This document shows positions 1-13,880 of a DNA stretch of 64,000 nt, one piece after another. The stretch's first letter is position 1. Each line of letters starts with the position of its first letter. A model generated the notes under the pieces. It saw nothing but the letters and a program-made list of their open reading frames with translations, made no database searches and was not told the origin of the DNA. The position numbers were made by a program, and so were the translations under genes. The DNA lies in NCBI GenBank assembly GCA_028534125.1, contig CM052817.1:26352001-26416000 (forward strand). Direction: 5' to 3'. The stretch comes from Lama glama (lineage: Eukaryota).

Positions 1-177
1 GCAGTGTTCCACACTTGCGTTGCAAAATACAGTAGCCACCAGCCATGTGTGACTATAAAACATCTGAAAAGTCGCTACTGCAACTGGGGGACTGAATTTT
101 TAAGTTAAATTAAATTAATCTAAAAATTTAAGCAGCCATATGTGGCTAGTGGCTACTATATTGACCAGTGCAGTTCT
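1..177. mobile_element. hAT-Charlie MITE remnant (MER3/MER33-like)
   Basis: Characteristic tagccac...gccatatgtggctagtggctactatattg motifs; family recalled from consensus. Confidence 0.6.
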
Positions 178-2154
178 AGAATACAGAGTTTATAGGAGTG
201 ATTGACAGGAGATGAGGGTAGAGGGTAAGCAGTGTTCACACTGAATGCTGCAGATGTTGAGCAGAGTGGTAGTTTAAAAGGATGAAATGAGGTAATAGGA
301 GACTAAAGCTGTTTACAGTGAAAGTGAAGTAAGGTAAAAATACAACCAAACGGAAAAAAATGCAAGAATATGTCAGATATTTAAAGCAGTTTTTAAAAAT
401 ATGTTTATTTATCTGAAATTCTTTATTTGCTTTTCAATTTAAAATGTAAATAGCTAAGTCTATCCTGAATAATTTCACAAATTAAAAACTTGAATCTTCC
501 ATGTACCTCTGGTCACAGAGAAATTTTAACAATACATCATAATTACTGTGAAACAAAAAAATGTTACTTTAATTTATTTTAGTGTTTTTCCAGATATCAC
601 TGATATCTTGGCTAAAACTTGAATATATTTAGGCATAGGATAATGGCATACTTATCTAGTGAACAAAATGAATTTGACGTGTTTTATAGATGACTGATGA
701 CAAAAAAATGTGAAGTCTCAATCATTTTGGCCTAGTATGACCAAGATGTTAGTGATTAACTTGTTTGTCATACTAATTTAAAGATTTTAGTTGAATTTTG
801 CCTGATATCTTAGACTCCAAGCACATCTCTCTTCAACTTATAGTGTGAACTCTTACCTGCATTATTAATTATATTAACTTTCTTAAAATTGTTTTATCAA
901 AATTAAGGATTGTTTACTGAGAAAGGACACAAACTAAAACTAAATGTTTTGAAATATGAAAAAAACTACTGATATAAAAAACATGGGTAAATCTTAGTGA
1001 TATAATATGATTATCTGTTTATAAAGTTCAAAAGCAAAGTTTAGGTTGTTGGTTATCCCTGGAGGGGAACTCAGGGAACACAGTGGGACAAGATGGGAGA
1101 ATGAATGCATAGGTAGATATATTCTTGTTAAAGCTTTATTCTTGGGTGGAGTGGTGGCTTCACATAAGTTTATTATATGATAAATGAATGAATGAACAAA
1201 TGAGAGCAACCCATGGAGCAATGAGGATTGTGTTTATAACCTAAGGATTATAATTAATACAATTCAGGGCACCTGAGGTCCAAAAGGGAAAAAAAGACAA
1301 ACACAAGAAATTTCAAAAACTATATACATTATAATTTAATATTTTTTGAAATTACATCCCCCCAAATCAAAGAAATTCTGCCCCCATGATAATTTTTTTC
1401 TAATGGTGACAGTAAAATGAGAAATTATTTGGAGTTATATTTAATACAAAGGGCACTTTGCAGCCCTTCCTCAAGTTGCTAATATTTGGATGATGAATGA
1501 TTATAAAACTGAAAGAATTTTCAGAGTAATTAAACTTTCAACAATCACATTAAAGTGTATTTTTATTATGAAGCTTGGGATATCAGCCTCCTATTGTTTT
1601 ACATGATTAAAATAAATAAGAAAGTAAACTATGACAAATACTTCTTCATGACAGTAAAGGCAGAAGAGATTCATTTATAGAAATGTATTAGAGAGGATAA
1701 TCACTGCCTGCCTTCCTGCAAACTCTTTTAAGAGAGTTGTTCCTACCCCAGCCCTGTATATTCACTCTCTCTCATGCAGAGTTGAGAGCTGCCTAAGCCT
1801 GCAGTGACACCTGAACCAAGAAAATGCAGTCCACAGGCTGAGCTGAGCCAAACAAAGTATCACAAGAGGCTGTGAACTAATACTCAGCAAAAGAACTTTT
1901 AGTTGAATTACATCAGTGTAATCAGTAAAGATCTTTAGCTCTCTACCTATGAGTATGCTGAAGAAACCTGAGCTGCCCTAATTTTTGTCCTGATAGTTCA
2001 GTTTTTCTTAGACTCTGCATTAGCATGGTTTATTTAAAATCCCTTTTACTTGAGCTAATTTGAGTAAACTTCTGAATTTTGACCACCAAATATGACCTGA
2101 TTTAAAATTAACAATGAATTTCATGAAATCTTAACCATGATCCACAAACCCAGC

Positions 2155-2581
2155 TTGACTGGGTCAAATAGTGCCCCCCCCCAATTAATGTCCACTTGGA
2201 ATCTCAAATTGCGACCTTATTTTGAAGTAGGGATTTTGCAGATGTAATTAGCTAAAAACGAAGTCCTATTGGATTAGGGTGAGCCTTAAATCCAATGGCT
2301 GGTGTTTCAAGAAGAAGACATTCAGGGGAGAAGGCCAGGGAATGACAGAGGCAAAGATTGGAGTGAAGCAGCTGCAAGCCAAGAAATGCCAAAGATTACC
2401 AGCAGGCACCAGAGGTAAGGAAAGAGCCAATAGAGGATTCTTCCTTTAAATCTTCAGAGGAAGTATCACCCTGCTTGATTTCAGACTTCTGGTCTCCAGA
2501 CCTGTAAGAGAATGAATTTCTCCTGTTTGAAGCCGCTGTGTTCATGGTACTTTGTTACAACAACTCTATAAAACTAATACA
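2155..2581 (+). mobile_element. ERVL-MaLR solo LTR (MLT1B/C/D-like)
   Basis: gaccttattttgaagtagggattttgcagatgtaatt ... cagacttctggtctccagacctgtaagagaatgaatttc ... aaactaataca match the MLT1 pattern. Confidence 0.8.
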
Positions 2582-3066
2582 CCAATCACATGTAAAATTT
2601 GTCTTAAAGTGGGTTAGTTAGTAGCTGAAGAAAGCAAAGGCATTTTATCTTCTGAGAGACAAATTTCGTGATTCTTATTTTTGAATCTAATTTTTTGTTT
2701 TTGAAAGAGACCTGTAGAACATTTATAAAGCCACATGTGACAGCCTACCTGATTTCTACATTTTTCTCAATTGCATTAAGTTTGTGAGCCTCAGTTTATC
2801 TCTAGAATCTGCATTTTCATTTTTCCATTTTCTCATGTTCTTAAAAAATAAGAACAGTATTCAAGCAAATACTTAAATAATTGTACGACTAAGATGGAGA
2901 ATCTGCAGAAATGGAACTGTTGGTTGGCAGACAGCTTCACCAAGCTTTGGCTCAAAGTAGTCATTTGTCAGCTGATACGAAAAAGTTCAAAATTGGAATT
3001 TTAAAAGCAGTATAGGAATGAGAATATATAATGTACTAATGAGACTGTACAAAAGTGAATGGACTA

Positions 3067-3177
3067 GGGCGAGAGTATAGCTCAGTGGTAGAGCATGTCC
3101 TTAGCATGCACAAGGTCCTGGGTACCTTCACTAAAAAAATAAGTAAATAAATAAATTAACCTACTTACCACCCCCCC
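3067..3177 (+). mobile_element. tRNA-derived SINE (camelid-type), B box deleted
   Basis: A box tatagctcagtggtagagc, AT-rich tail, perfect 16-bp TSD aaaagtgaatggacta (3051-3066 / 3178-3193). Confidence 0.9.
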
Positions 3178-3951
3178 AAAAGTGAATGGACTAAAGTCAA
3201 TGTCTGCTTGTTTAATAATCAAATAATTCTTTAATGTTCGTTTTATTAACTAAAAATTTTTATAAACGCAGTATTTTCTATAACCTATAACCATCAAATG
3301 TCATCACAATAATAAATGTGGCAGATTGTAAGAATATGTAGCTGAACTTCATGTTTCTAGTTTAACTGGATATGTAACTACATCAGAACTGGTAGCCAGC
3401 ACCATTTGACTTGTTCAAGGAATGTGCCAAGAATTTATGCAACTTTTGCCTTCTGAATTTTTCCAAGTAATTCCAGAAACTGAGTAGTTCTTGAAATGTG
3501 GGCTACCTAGATAAATGCTGTTTTGGAAACACTCTTCAGAGTTCAGTTATGCGTAGACTTGTCCAGAGACGGAAGAAAATTAAATGGTGAGTCTGCAGGA
3601 AATTTAACAAGAGCTGTTTCACCTTCTAATTGTAACAAATTTATCATGATTTTCGGGAGATAGGAAGTTTTTTATTAACTGAATTTTTTGACAAATTGAA
3701 ACGTAACCAGAAAACTCCTTTTCTTTTCATTCAATTAAAAATTACTGGAATACACTAGTTTTCTTTTCATTCTTTAGGAAGCGCAGGATAGTGAACATAG
3801 TGGGGAATCTTTGTTTTTTGAACATATCCTAGTGCCTCAGGATTGTCAATCTGAAAGCCACTTTAAATTGGCAAAATCAGAGATTGAGCCAAACACGTAC
3901 TGAGACTAGAACTTTCTATGGACGTTTGTTCTATCTCTGTGTGTATTGAGG

Positions 3952-3982
<31 letters not shown>

Positions 3983-4549
3983 ATACAATAGGGGATGCCA
4001 GTTTGGAAACCCTGTCAAATTGGGTTTTGATAAGTTGATCTACTTAGCACTTACTCTCTGCAAGTTCTATACTAAATGTTGAGGGTTCAGAGGTGGACAA
4101 GATAGACCCTGACTTTGATAGGCCATTTGAAGTTTTCTTGTGTTATTACTATGTTTTCATATGTTTGTACTTTATCAATTTACCAGTTTGGAAAGCAGAA
4201 GTCTGGATGGAAGACAGGATGAAATTGGGGAGGTGGTGAGGACTGAGGAATTTTCTTAGGTGTAAGCAAGGAGAAGATATTAATCATTGCTATCTCTTGT
4301 TTATGGATTTTGGGTTATAGTTTTCTCTTTCTTCATTCTTCCATGTACTTGCCAAAGTTTCTGAAAGTTTGTTCTGGAAAAAAATGGTTTCAAAATGTTT
4401 AAAACTGGAAAATAAATTTATTTTTTAAACATGACAGATAAAGTCCACACCTAATGAGATAAAGTACCTGAAGTGCTTAGTACAGTGCCTGGCACATGGT
4501 ATGTGCTTAATAAATGTTTGCTACTATTGTTAGTATTATTATTGCTATA

Positions 4550-5150
4550 AATTAGTTCTCTTTGGTTGCAAGGAACAAAGGAAACTAACTGAAGCTAACT
4601 TAAGCAAGAACTTGACAGACAGACAGAGATAGACAGACAGACAGACAGGGTGGTAACCATTGGTATATATAGAGCAAAATTGCAGCTAGGTCTCAAGAAA
4701 GAAATGGATATAAGAGCTGAAAAGCTATCAGGATGCTGTCTACTTCCCTCTGAACATCTGCTTCTTTCTCTGCTCTTTGAAGAGGCTCCTTTCTTTGCTT
4801 TTCACTTCACATGGCATGCAGAGAACCACCCCTCATCTGCTAAGCTTACAACTCCTTCACCTTAGATCAGCCCAGGATAAACTAGAATTTCTTAGTCCAA
4901 AATCCAAATGCTAAGGACACAACTTCGATTTTCTTCTCTTTTCCCCACAGGACTTATCATCTAGTATGCTAAATAATTTATTACTTATTATGTTTGTTAT
5001 TTATGATTTGTCTCTCCAGGTGCCCATGATTGGTCTAATCAGCTGGGGCCAGGTGGGCAGGGTCATGTCTAAAACACACCTCTAGATGCACCACCACTAA
5101 TGAATTGGGAGACTAACAGCAATTTTCAGAGAAAGGAAGGATCATTGGGT
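4550..5150. mobile_element. Old MaLR LTR (MLT1J/K-like) containing a (gaca)n microsatellite at about 4616-4648
   Basis: ttggttgcaag...aactgaagctaacttaagcaag start; ggtctaatcagctggggccagg near the end. Confidence 0.55.
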
Positions 5151-7272
5151 CACAGACCAGGAATGATCTCCAAAAGATCACCAAAGGTTTATCTTGTTGA
5201 AGTGGTACCAAAGCAGTATTCTTTATATTTACACATGCACAAAGTTTCCAATGTGCCCACCAGCTTGTTAAAAAAAAAAAACCTCTCCATTAGCATCAGT
5301 TAATTATTGAAATATTATTTTCAGAGTTTTGACTTCTTTAATCTTAAAATCAAATACATTATTCACATTTTAATAAATAGTATTTAATATATATTAATAA
5401 GTTCAAATTTTATGACACAACATCTATCTTCTTTATATAATAAAACAGAAAACTATTATCTTCAAGAAACTCCATTTCTGTACCCTGATCTGCATCCCTT
5501 ATACTCTCACTGTTAGTGTGGCAGGACAGACATTTTCTTCCTCCCTGTATGCTGTTCCCTTCTTGGGGCATAGCACATACCATGGGGAACAGAAGGAGCT
5601 TTTGGCAACGTTACTGAATGCAGGGGAAGAGATAGAGACCCTTTCAGAATATTAACATATGAATGAGTTCCATGTTTGCAATGTGAAAAGTCTGATTATA
5701 TATAATCCACTGATAGGATTTGACACACTCCAGGTCTCATCTAAAGTGAAACAGAGCTGAATGGCTCACAGCCTATGCCAGTGGTAGAGAAGAAAACATA
5801 AGATCCTGGGGAAAAGGTGCAGGTGTCATGGGGGGAGAAGAAAAGGAAGGGGATGGCCACAAGGAAGGATGTTTTTTTCTTTCTTGGAAGAGAGTGAGAT
5901 AGCCAGATAGGGTGGCTCAGTGGACTTGGGTAAAAGAACCGCTGCCTGGGGCTGAGGTTAGCTGATACGGAAAGAGTAAAGAAACCCTTTCCAAACTCTT
6001 ACTCCGTTGTGACTCTGAGGAGCTCTGACACTAACTTGAAGCAGGGCACTATTGTGCACGTTCTGCTAGATTACAAGCCATGCGAGGGCTGGGATCTTTG
6101 TATTGTCCATGATGTATCACAAGTGCCTAGAACAGTGCCTGGTACCTGTAGGCTCTCAATGAATATTTGTTCAACTGAATCAAAAAATTCTGTGTCTATA
6201 CCTGACTGACTAACAATATCATTGTTTAATATTGGACTGTACCACTCCTGCCTTCCCTATTCAAGACATGGTTCTGGTGTTTCATTAGAAATGAACCAGT
6301 ACATTTGTCAAGTGACGTACATAAGGAGTGGAGGAGGAGAAGGGGATACTTTATGGGACACAACAACGTATTAGACTTTTACTGCTCTTATCCCTGATGT
6401 CATTCCAGCTATAGGATGAATTAAACAATGGAGTAGAATTAGATTTTTCCAATATTATTTAAAGAATTTTAAATGTAGAATCTACTACTCTCTTTTTCCC
6501 TTTTCCTAATATTTTTCCAATCATGACAACTCTGAAATGGATTGGCTTGACATAAGACCCAGGAGAAATGGGAGAGTGTTACCCACTGACTTCAAAGACG
6601 GGTTTTTAAAAAAAAAAATTTTTTTTTATATAAAGATATCATTGCTTTAAAATGCATAGCAATAGAAAAATACATATAAATTGTTTCTTATTATATTTGA
6701 ACATGAAACTGCATAGGCAGAATCTAGGGTATTTTATTATCCAGTCAACTGAACTATTTTAAGATTTGAGGATATCACTCTGATTTTGGAAATTTTAAGA
6801 AGTTCTGGAGTGGAGTTTCTGAAGGTTTCCCAACAAAATTTCCTTCGTCCAATGACTTTCAAAGTTATTTTAATGAAATAGATATTTTAGTATTTATTTA
6901 TAATGCTCCCCTCAGCTGATTCCCACAAAGGGGTGAGACATGGTGCACAAGAAGGCTTGGCTGGACGATAATCCCCTCTTCCTGTAGGCACAAAGTCTTT
7001 GTTATTGAGTCAAATACATCAGTCCAGGCTTTCTTCTTAGGATAAATTTTCTCACCAGGAGCTCCTTCTGCTTTCTCACAAAGAAGATTCTTTTAGCTCT
7101 TCCCACCATTTCACTAGGTATCTCCAGACATATATGGAATGGATAAAGCTTGGACTGAGGCTGGGAGCCCACTATTATCATCATTTTACCTTTGTGTAGT
7201 TCTTTATAGTTTAAAAAGTACTTTTCTCCACAATATCTTGTTTAATGCTATCAACAACCCAGTGAGGTAGGC

Positions 7273-7930
7273 AGAGATGGATTTACTATGAAGCTAATGA
7301 AAGTTTAAGTTTCAGCATCCCTTGGGAAGGACCTTAGCAGAGTCAAACCATCATAAGATTTTGTAAAATTTGCCAAGTTTTTATCCACAGTAGATTTAAA
7401 CTACTGTCTCTGTCTACTCTGACAACCCTACCTTCGTATGGGAGGTATTGGAGTGTCCTTAGGCATTTTGGGGATTTAGCTGAGGGGAAGTTGAATTTGG
7501 TACATTTAATTTGGATTTAGTGAAATTTACTTATGTAGTTTGCAATCACTTTTACATATAGTTAAGTCCTTGCCAGTTGTTCCAGTATAGGAATGGCTTC
7601 CAGGAACTCTCCCTCTGCAAACTGTTAATGAATGTCAACAATGCAGAGTATTTAAGGTTTGTCACTGCACAAGAGATCTGCAGATGCCTTGTAATCTTGC
7701 ACCTCATACATGAAAGAAACTTAATAGGGGACTTCCCAAATTTGACAATGATCCTAAAAATTTATATGACATTACCAAAACAAGTTGCAGAGCCAAAATA
7801 AACTTTCAGAAACTAGACATAGAAAAAAAATGAAAACTAGATTAAAGAAAAACTACTTTTCATTCTCTATACAGAAAATAATATAACAAAACCATTGTCA
7901 TATGAAAAGGTGATCAAAGATCACCAAATT
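7273..7930 (+). mobile_element. hAT-Tip100 (Zaphod-like) DNA transposon remnant with decayed transposase C-terminal dimerisation segment
   Basis: Terminus cagagatggatttactatgaagctaatgaa; ORF 7577-7801 reads LIHERNLIGDFPNLTMILKIYMTLP, resembling the hATC motif FPNL..LKI.LTLP. Confidence 0.65.
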
Positions 7931-7959
7931 TTTGGAAAATTAGAATACAGAAATATGGA

Positions 7960-8420
7960 AAGATATATTCATTTAGCTATTTCATCCACAAATATTTATC
8001 ATTTGGCTACTATATTTTCAAGAATGCTACTAGGGGCTGGGACTGGAACAGTGAATAGACATAAATAATCCCTGACATTGAGATATTCATAGTCTATGGA
8101 GGAGCAGGACCCTATCAAGCAATCATATCAATAATTATTTATTTATAATTAGAATAATTGTGATAAAAGAGAAGTGCAAGATGCTCTGAGAGCTAACCTA
8201 AGTCTGCATTTTAGGGAAGGTTTCCTTGGAAAAAAGAACATGTAAACCAGAGGAGTATCTAGATTAAAGGGGAAATGAAGAATATTTTACTCAGGGGAAA
8301 GAGTAGGAAAAAGGGCTCTGAGGTGGGAAGGTACTTGCTGATTTAAAAAACAAAAAAACAAAAGAATGACAGTGTAGCTAGTTTGTCATAAGCAATGGAA
8401 AAGTAGTGAAAGAGTCTAGC
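7960..8420 (-). mobile_element. L2 3' fragment
   Basis: cattcatt...aaatatttat...ctactatatt...ctaggggctggg pattern typical of the L2 3' end. Confidence 0.55.
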
Positions 8421-9359
8421 AGACTAGTTTGCCTGTTCTAAAACTTCATATAAGTGATACTTAGAGTATATACCTATATATACTCTATGTGTTTGTATAA
8501 GATTTCTTTAACTGAGCATACTGTTTTTGAATTTCACCTGTGCTGTTGCATCTATCTGTGGGTGTTTGTTGCTGAACATTATTCCATTGTAAGGATATAC
8601 TACAATTTATTTAGCCATTCATCTGCTGATGGACATTGCAGTTGTTTTCACGTTTTGGCCATTATGAATAGAGCTGCTATGAACATTCTTATATAAAAGA
8701 CATGAGATTTTTAGTCTACTGTTCTTCCCGTATCACTGCAGTGAAGAAGCAAGAATATGCTCTGTGTTGCACAGAAGTATTAATAGAAGAGCAAAGAACA
8801 GTTCAACATCTACCTGATCCTTTTGTTGACCTCATGAAGGTACTTGAGTCCTAGCCTCTGCAGATAAGAAGAGCTGGGTCAGGTAATGCGACACGGACAA
8901 CAGCAGCAGCCTGGCCTGAGTTCCACATCACCAACATCTGATACATGAAACATGCTTTGAGATGTAGGAAAAGATTCTTGTTGATGCCTGAAGGTGGGGA
9001 GCCGATCTTGTCTACAACCTCCAGTCTAAACAGGAATCCATTACTACCTAAGGGATGCTTTATCCCAGGCCAAATGGTCTTAATCCTACTTCCCCTTGTC
9101 CTTTTCCTAATTCTCCCAAAGGACTGACCCCCATAGCAGTGATCTATAACTCTAGCTTACTGTATAACCCCATGGTGCTTTTATTGTATTTGCATATTCA
9201 GCAGAAGCAATCCCAGCTTTAAAGTAAAAAACAAACAAACAAACAAGCAAACAAAAAAACTCCTGGGCTGAGGCGTGCTATGGAAAGTCAGCTGCTACTC
9301 CTGTATGCATCTTTATCTGATTACTCTAATTTTAGTCACTGTATCTACGACTTAATTCA

Positions 9360-10745
9360 CTTATTTATTTTAATTGAAGTATAGTTGATTTACAATATAT
9401 TAGTTTCAGGTATACAGCATAGTGATTCAGTATTTTTATAGATTATACTCCATTTAAAGTTATTACAAGATAATAGCTATAACTCCCTATGTTATACAAT
9501 ATATCCTTGTTGCTTTTCAATTTTATACATAGTAATTTATTTCTCTTAATCCCATATATCTATCTTGCCTCTTCCTCCTTCCCTCTCTCCACTGGTAACC
9601 ACTAATTTGTTTTCTGTATCTGTGAGTCTGTTTTGCTATGTACATTTGTTCATTTTATTTTTTAGATTCCCCATGTAAGTAACATCAGACAGTATTTTCT
9701 TTCTCTGTCTGACTTCTCTCACTAAGCATAACATTCTCTAGGTCCATCCATGTTGCTACAAATGGTAATATTTCATTCTTTTTTATGGCTAATATTCAAT
9801 TGTATATATAAATCACATCTTCTTCATTCATTTGACTGTTGATAGATACTTAGGTTGCTTCCATATCTTGACTATTGTAAATAATGTTGCTATGAACATT
9901 GGGGTGCATGTATCTTTTCGAATTGGTGTTTTTATTTTCTCCATATATATAACTAGGTGTGGAATTGCTGGATCATATGCTAGTTCTATTTTTAGTTTTT
10001 TGAGGAACCTCCATACTGTTTTCCATAATGGCTATACCAATTTACATTCCCACCAACAGTGTATAAGGGTTTTTTTTTCTCCGCATCCTCATCAACATTT
10101 ATTATTTGTGGACTTTTGATGATAGCCATTCTGACAGGTATGAGGTGATATCTCATTGTAGTTTTCATTTGCATTTCTCCAATAATTCACAATATTGAGC
10201 ATCTTCTCATGTGCCTGTAGGCATCTGTATGTCTTCTGTGGGAACATGTCTATTCAGGTCTTCTGCCCATTTTAAAAATTGTGTTGTTAATTTTTTTTAT
10301 TTTGAATTGTATGAGCTGTTTACATATTTTGGATTTAACCCTTTGTCAGTTATATCATTTGTAAGTATTTTCTCTCATTTAATAGGCTGTCTTTTCGTAT
10401 TGTTCATGGTTTCCTTTGTTGTTCAAAAGCTTTTAATTAGGTCCCATTTGTTTATTTTCGCTTTTATTTCTTTTGCTTTAGGAGAGAGAGCCAAGAAAAT
10501 ATTGCTGCAATTTATGTCAAAGAGTGTTCTGCCCATATTCTCAACTAGGAGTTTTATGGTTTTAGGTTTCACATTTAGGTTTTTGATCCATTTTGAGTTT
10601 ATTTTTGTATATGGTGGGAGGAAATGTTCTAATATCATTCTTTAACATATAGCTGTCCAGTTTTCCCAGGACCACTTATTAAAGAGATTGTCTTTTCTCT
10701 ATTGTATGTACTTGCCTCCTTTGTTGTCAATTAATTGACTCTGTA
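9360..10745 (-). mobile_element. 5'-truncated L1 (ORF2 C-terminus plus 3' UTR)
   Basis: Minus-strand peptides [23 protein letters not shown] and [20 protein letters not shown]; poly-T at the left end. Confidence 0.92.
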
Positions 10746-11424
10746 TCCGTGACTTTAAATTGAAGAACAACACACTGCAAATATGACAGTATGAAGAATG
10801 TAAGTCTTTGGTAAATTTTTATTTCTGTAAGTAAAAATGACAGTATTTTGAACTACTTTTTTTCCCTCTGAGAAGAGACTTACCTTTCTTGCAGGAATTT
10901 TCTTTCCAGACAGGATTCCTGTGGCCTTTAAATATCTTACATTCTTTCTGTTTCTGCTGTATTTCTTCTTTATTTTATACTTTTTTTTTTCCTTAGTTCA
11001 AAGTCAACGCTCCACCCCAGCCTCCTAGATAATTCATTCTTTTCACACATTTAACTAGTGCTTGCTGTCCCATCATTTTCTCTATTCTCTAGATTTCTCT
11101 CAAATGGATCTTTCTGTGCTACTGGCAGGGTTTTTCCTTTCAGTCTTTCCTTCGTAGCCTCTAACTACCACACCTGTGTATGTACAATAAATAATGAGAG
11201 ATTCTCTGGTAAAACTTCCTTATAAAACATCTAGAAGTGCTGGATAAATTATAACAAACATTTTTTTAAAATGAAGAGCTGAACCAGGAAGAAAGTAGGT
11301 GTAAGAGACTGTTTTATGGCCGCAAATCCCTCCCATCCCAATATGCATATCCCTTTGCAGTGCAACTTTGCTGCTGTTTGCCTCAAGAGATGGTCTATTC
11401 CTTCACCCTTTAAACCTGGACTGC

Positions 11425-11840
11425 TCTTCTTTTCTGACACCTACTGGTATGCTGCAATACAATTCAATGCTAATGCTAATTATCTGGCATTATTGTCAGA
11501 ATCCGCAGATTAAAGGTCATGATCTCCAACATGACTGTTCGGCTTCAGATGCCAGCCACAAGTGGAGTCCTCAGCCACCTGCACTTTTGACCAACTAGCT
11601 ACATATATGGAGGGTTCCTGTGACTCAGATTCAGTAAGTCATTAGTATGACTCATAAAATTCAGGAAAGCGCTATATTTACAATAACAGTTCATTATAAA
11701 GGATACAAATCAGGACCAAGAGATACATAGGACAAAGTCTGGGAAGGTTTTGAATGCAGGGCTTCCATGCCCTCTCCCTGTAGAATCAGGGCGTATCACC
11801 ATCTTGGCACACCAATGTATTCACCAACCGGGAAGCTCAA
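11425..11840. mobile_element. ERVL LTR fragment (MER21-like)
   Basis: tttctgacacctactggtatgctgcaatacaattcaat...cttcagatgccagccacaag motif recalled from the MER21 consensus. Confidence 0.55.
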
Positions 11841-11844
11841 CAGA

Positions 11845-13092
11845 AGAAAGGATAATCTTTTCCACAATGGTACTGGAACAGTTGGACATCCATAACAAAA
11901 AATAAAGCTTCATCTTTACTTCATATCATATTTTTAAAAATTAACTTGAAATGGATCATAGACCTAAACCTAGTTTTCTCCAAAAGAAAATTTGGGCTGG
12001 AAAAAAAGTTTCTTACATAGGTCACAAAAAGAATAATTCATAGAAGAAAAAAATTGTAAAACTGAACTTTGTAAAAATTAAAAATGATTGCTTTTTGAGA
12101 AATACTGTAAAGAAAATGAAAGACAAGCCATACTGAGAGAATATATTTGCAAAACATATACCTGATAAAGAACTTGTATCTAGAGTAGATTTTTAAAAAA
12201 AACTTCTTACAAATCAATAAAAAGAAGACAAAAAGTATCTAATAAAAAAAAGATAGGCAAAAGGTTTGACCTGACAATTCATAAAAGAAGATAGTATGAG
12301 TGACAAATAAACACATGAAAATAGGCTTAACATCATTAGTCATTAGGGACAAAATAAATTAAAATCGCAATGAAATACCATTACACTAGAATGGCTAGAA
12401 CTAAAGATTGATCGTTCCAAGTGTTAGTAAGAAGGTAGATCAACTGAACTCTCATATATTGCTGGTGGAAGTACAAAATACTCATTTCAGAAAAGCTTGG
12501 CAGTTTCCAAATAGCCACTTTGGAAAGTTTGGCAGTTTCTTATAAAGGTAAATATATATATACCCAACAACCCAGGAATCCCACCTCTATATTTACCAAG
12601 AAAAATGGTAACAAATGTCTATTTGGAGACATATATAGATGTTCACAGTAGCTTTATTTATAATAGTCAGAAACTGTAAAGAACCTAAATGTCCATTAAC
12701 TGTTTAATAATTAAACTAATTGTGGTATATCACTGAATTGAATAAATTACAAGTACATTTATAAACAGAGAAAAGTATCAAAAGGGTTAAGTTAAATGAA
12801 AGGATCAGAAACGAAGATTATGTAATGTATAAATCCTTTTATATGAAATTCTAGAAGCAAAAGAATAGTGACATAAAGCAAAACTGTGGTTGCTTGGCGT
12901 CAGGGGTGAGGGAAGAACATTGATTGCAAGGAGGCACAAAGGAACTTTTTGAGGTGATGGAAATATTCTGTATCTTACATATGGTGGTGGTTACATGACT
13001 TCTTACATTTATCAAAACTCATTGAATGATACACTTTAAGTTAGTGAATTTTATTGTATGTAAATTATACCTCAATAAAATTGATGAAAAAA
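11845..13092 (+). mobile_element. Old L1 (L1MB/MC-like) ORF2 end and 3' UTR
   Basis: aattaacttgaaatggatcatagacctaaa...; ends tatgtaaattatacctcaataaaa. Confidence 0.85.
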
Positions 13093-13099
13093 AGTGGTC

Positions 13100-13880
13100 G
13101 GCTGTTCGTATGCTCCTGGCAAACACAAAAACTTCTCTGCAGGTACATACTTTTAGCTTGGGATTCATAGGATTCCCAGAGATAAAGCCCAGTTGAACAT
13201 GAGATCACCACACAAATATTTCAACACACACAGGGAAACTACTAGCCTCCATCAATAAAGAGAGAAACATTAATCAGCAAAATGAGATCCTCAAGGATCA
13301 TAGATAATTAGACTATTCTGTAGAGAATACAAATCAAGTATTTATTAAAATAATAGAGGCATATATTAAGGAATTGAGAACATTAGAACAAAAATAAGAC
13401 ATTATTGGAAAAGGACAAAGAGCTTTGAAAATAACACTTAACCTTTCTAGTAATAGTAGAAGAGGATGAAGAGGAAGAAGAGGAGGAAGAAGAAGAAAAT
13501 GGGGATGAGAAAAAGGAGTAGGAGGAGGGAGAAGAAGGAGAAGGGAAAGAAAGATAACAAATAGAATTTCTAGAAAAGAAAAATGCACTCACTAAAATTT
13601 TAAAAATTATGGACAGGTCCTTAATTCTCTCTTTAAACTAGTTAAACTAGTTAAAGAGAGAATTAAGGCACTGGAAAATTGATTTAGGGAAAATACATAG
13701 AATATAGTGTAGAGAGTAAAAGAAGTAAAAGATACAAAAAGTTAAAAGACATAAAGGCTAGAACAAGGTCTAATATATTTCTAACAGTGATTGAGAAGCA
13801 GAGAATAGAGTGAAATAGAATAGAAATAGAATATTCAGAGATAATGACTCAGAATTTTCCAGAATGAATGAAATGGCAGT
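13100..13880 (+). mobile_element. Highly decayed L1 ORF1-region fragment with an internal GA-rich tract (13455-13550)
   Basis: aatattcagagataatgactcagaattttccagaat resembles L1 ORF1 IFEEIMAENFP. Confidence 0.5.

Noticed and set aside
13334..13592. Pro/Leu/Ser-rich ORFs (also the Arg/Glu-rich ORF at 26748-26972)
   Set aside because: Translations of GA-rich simple sequence.
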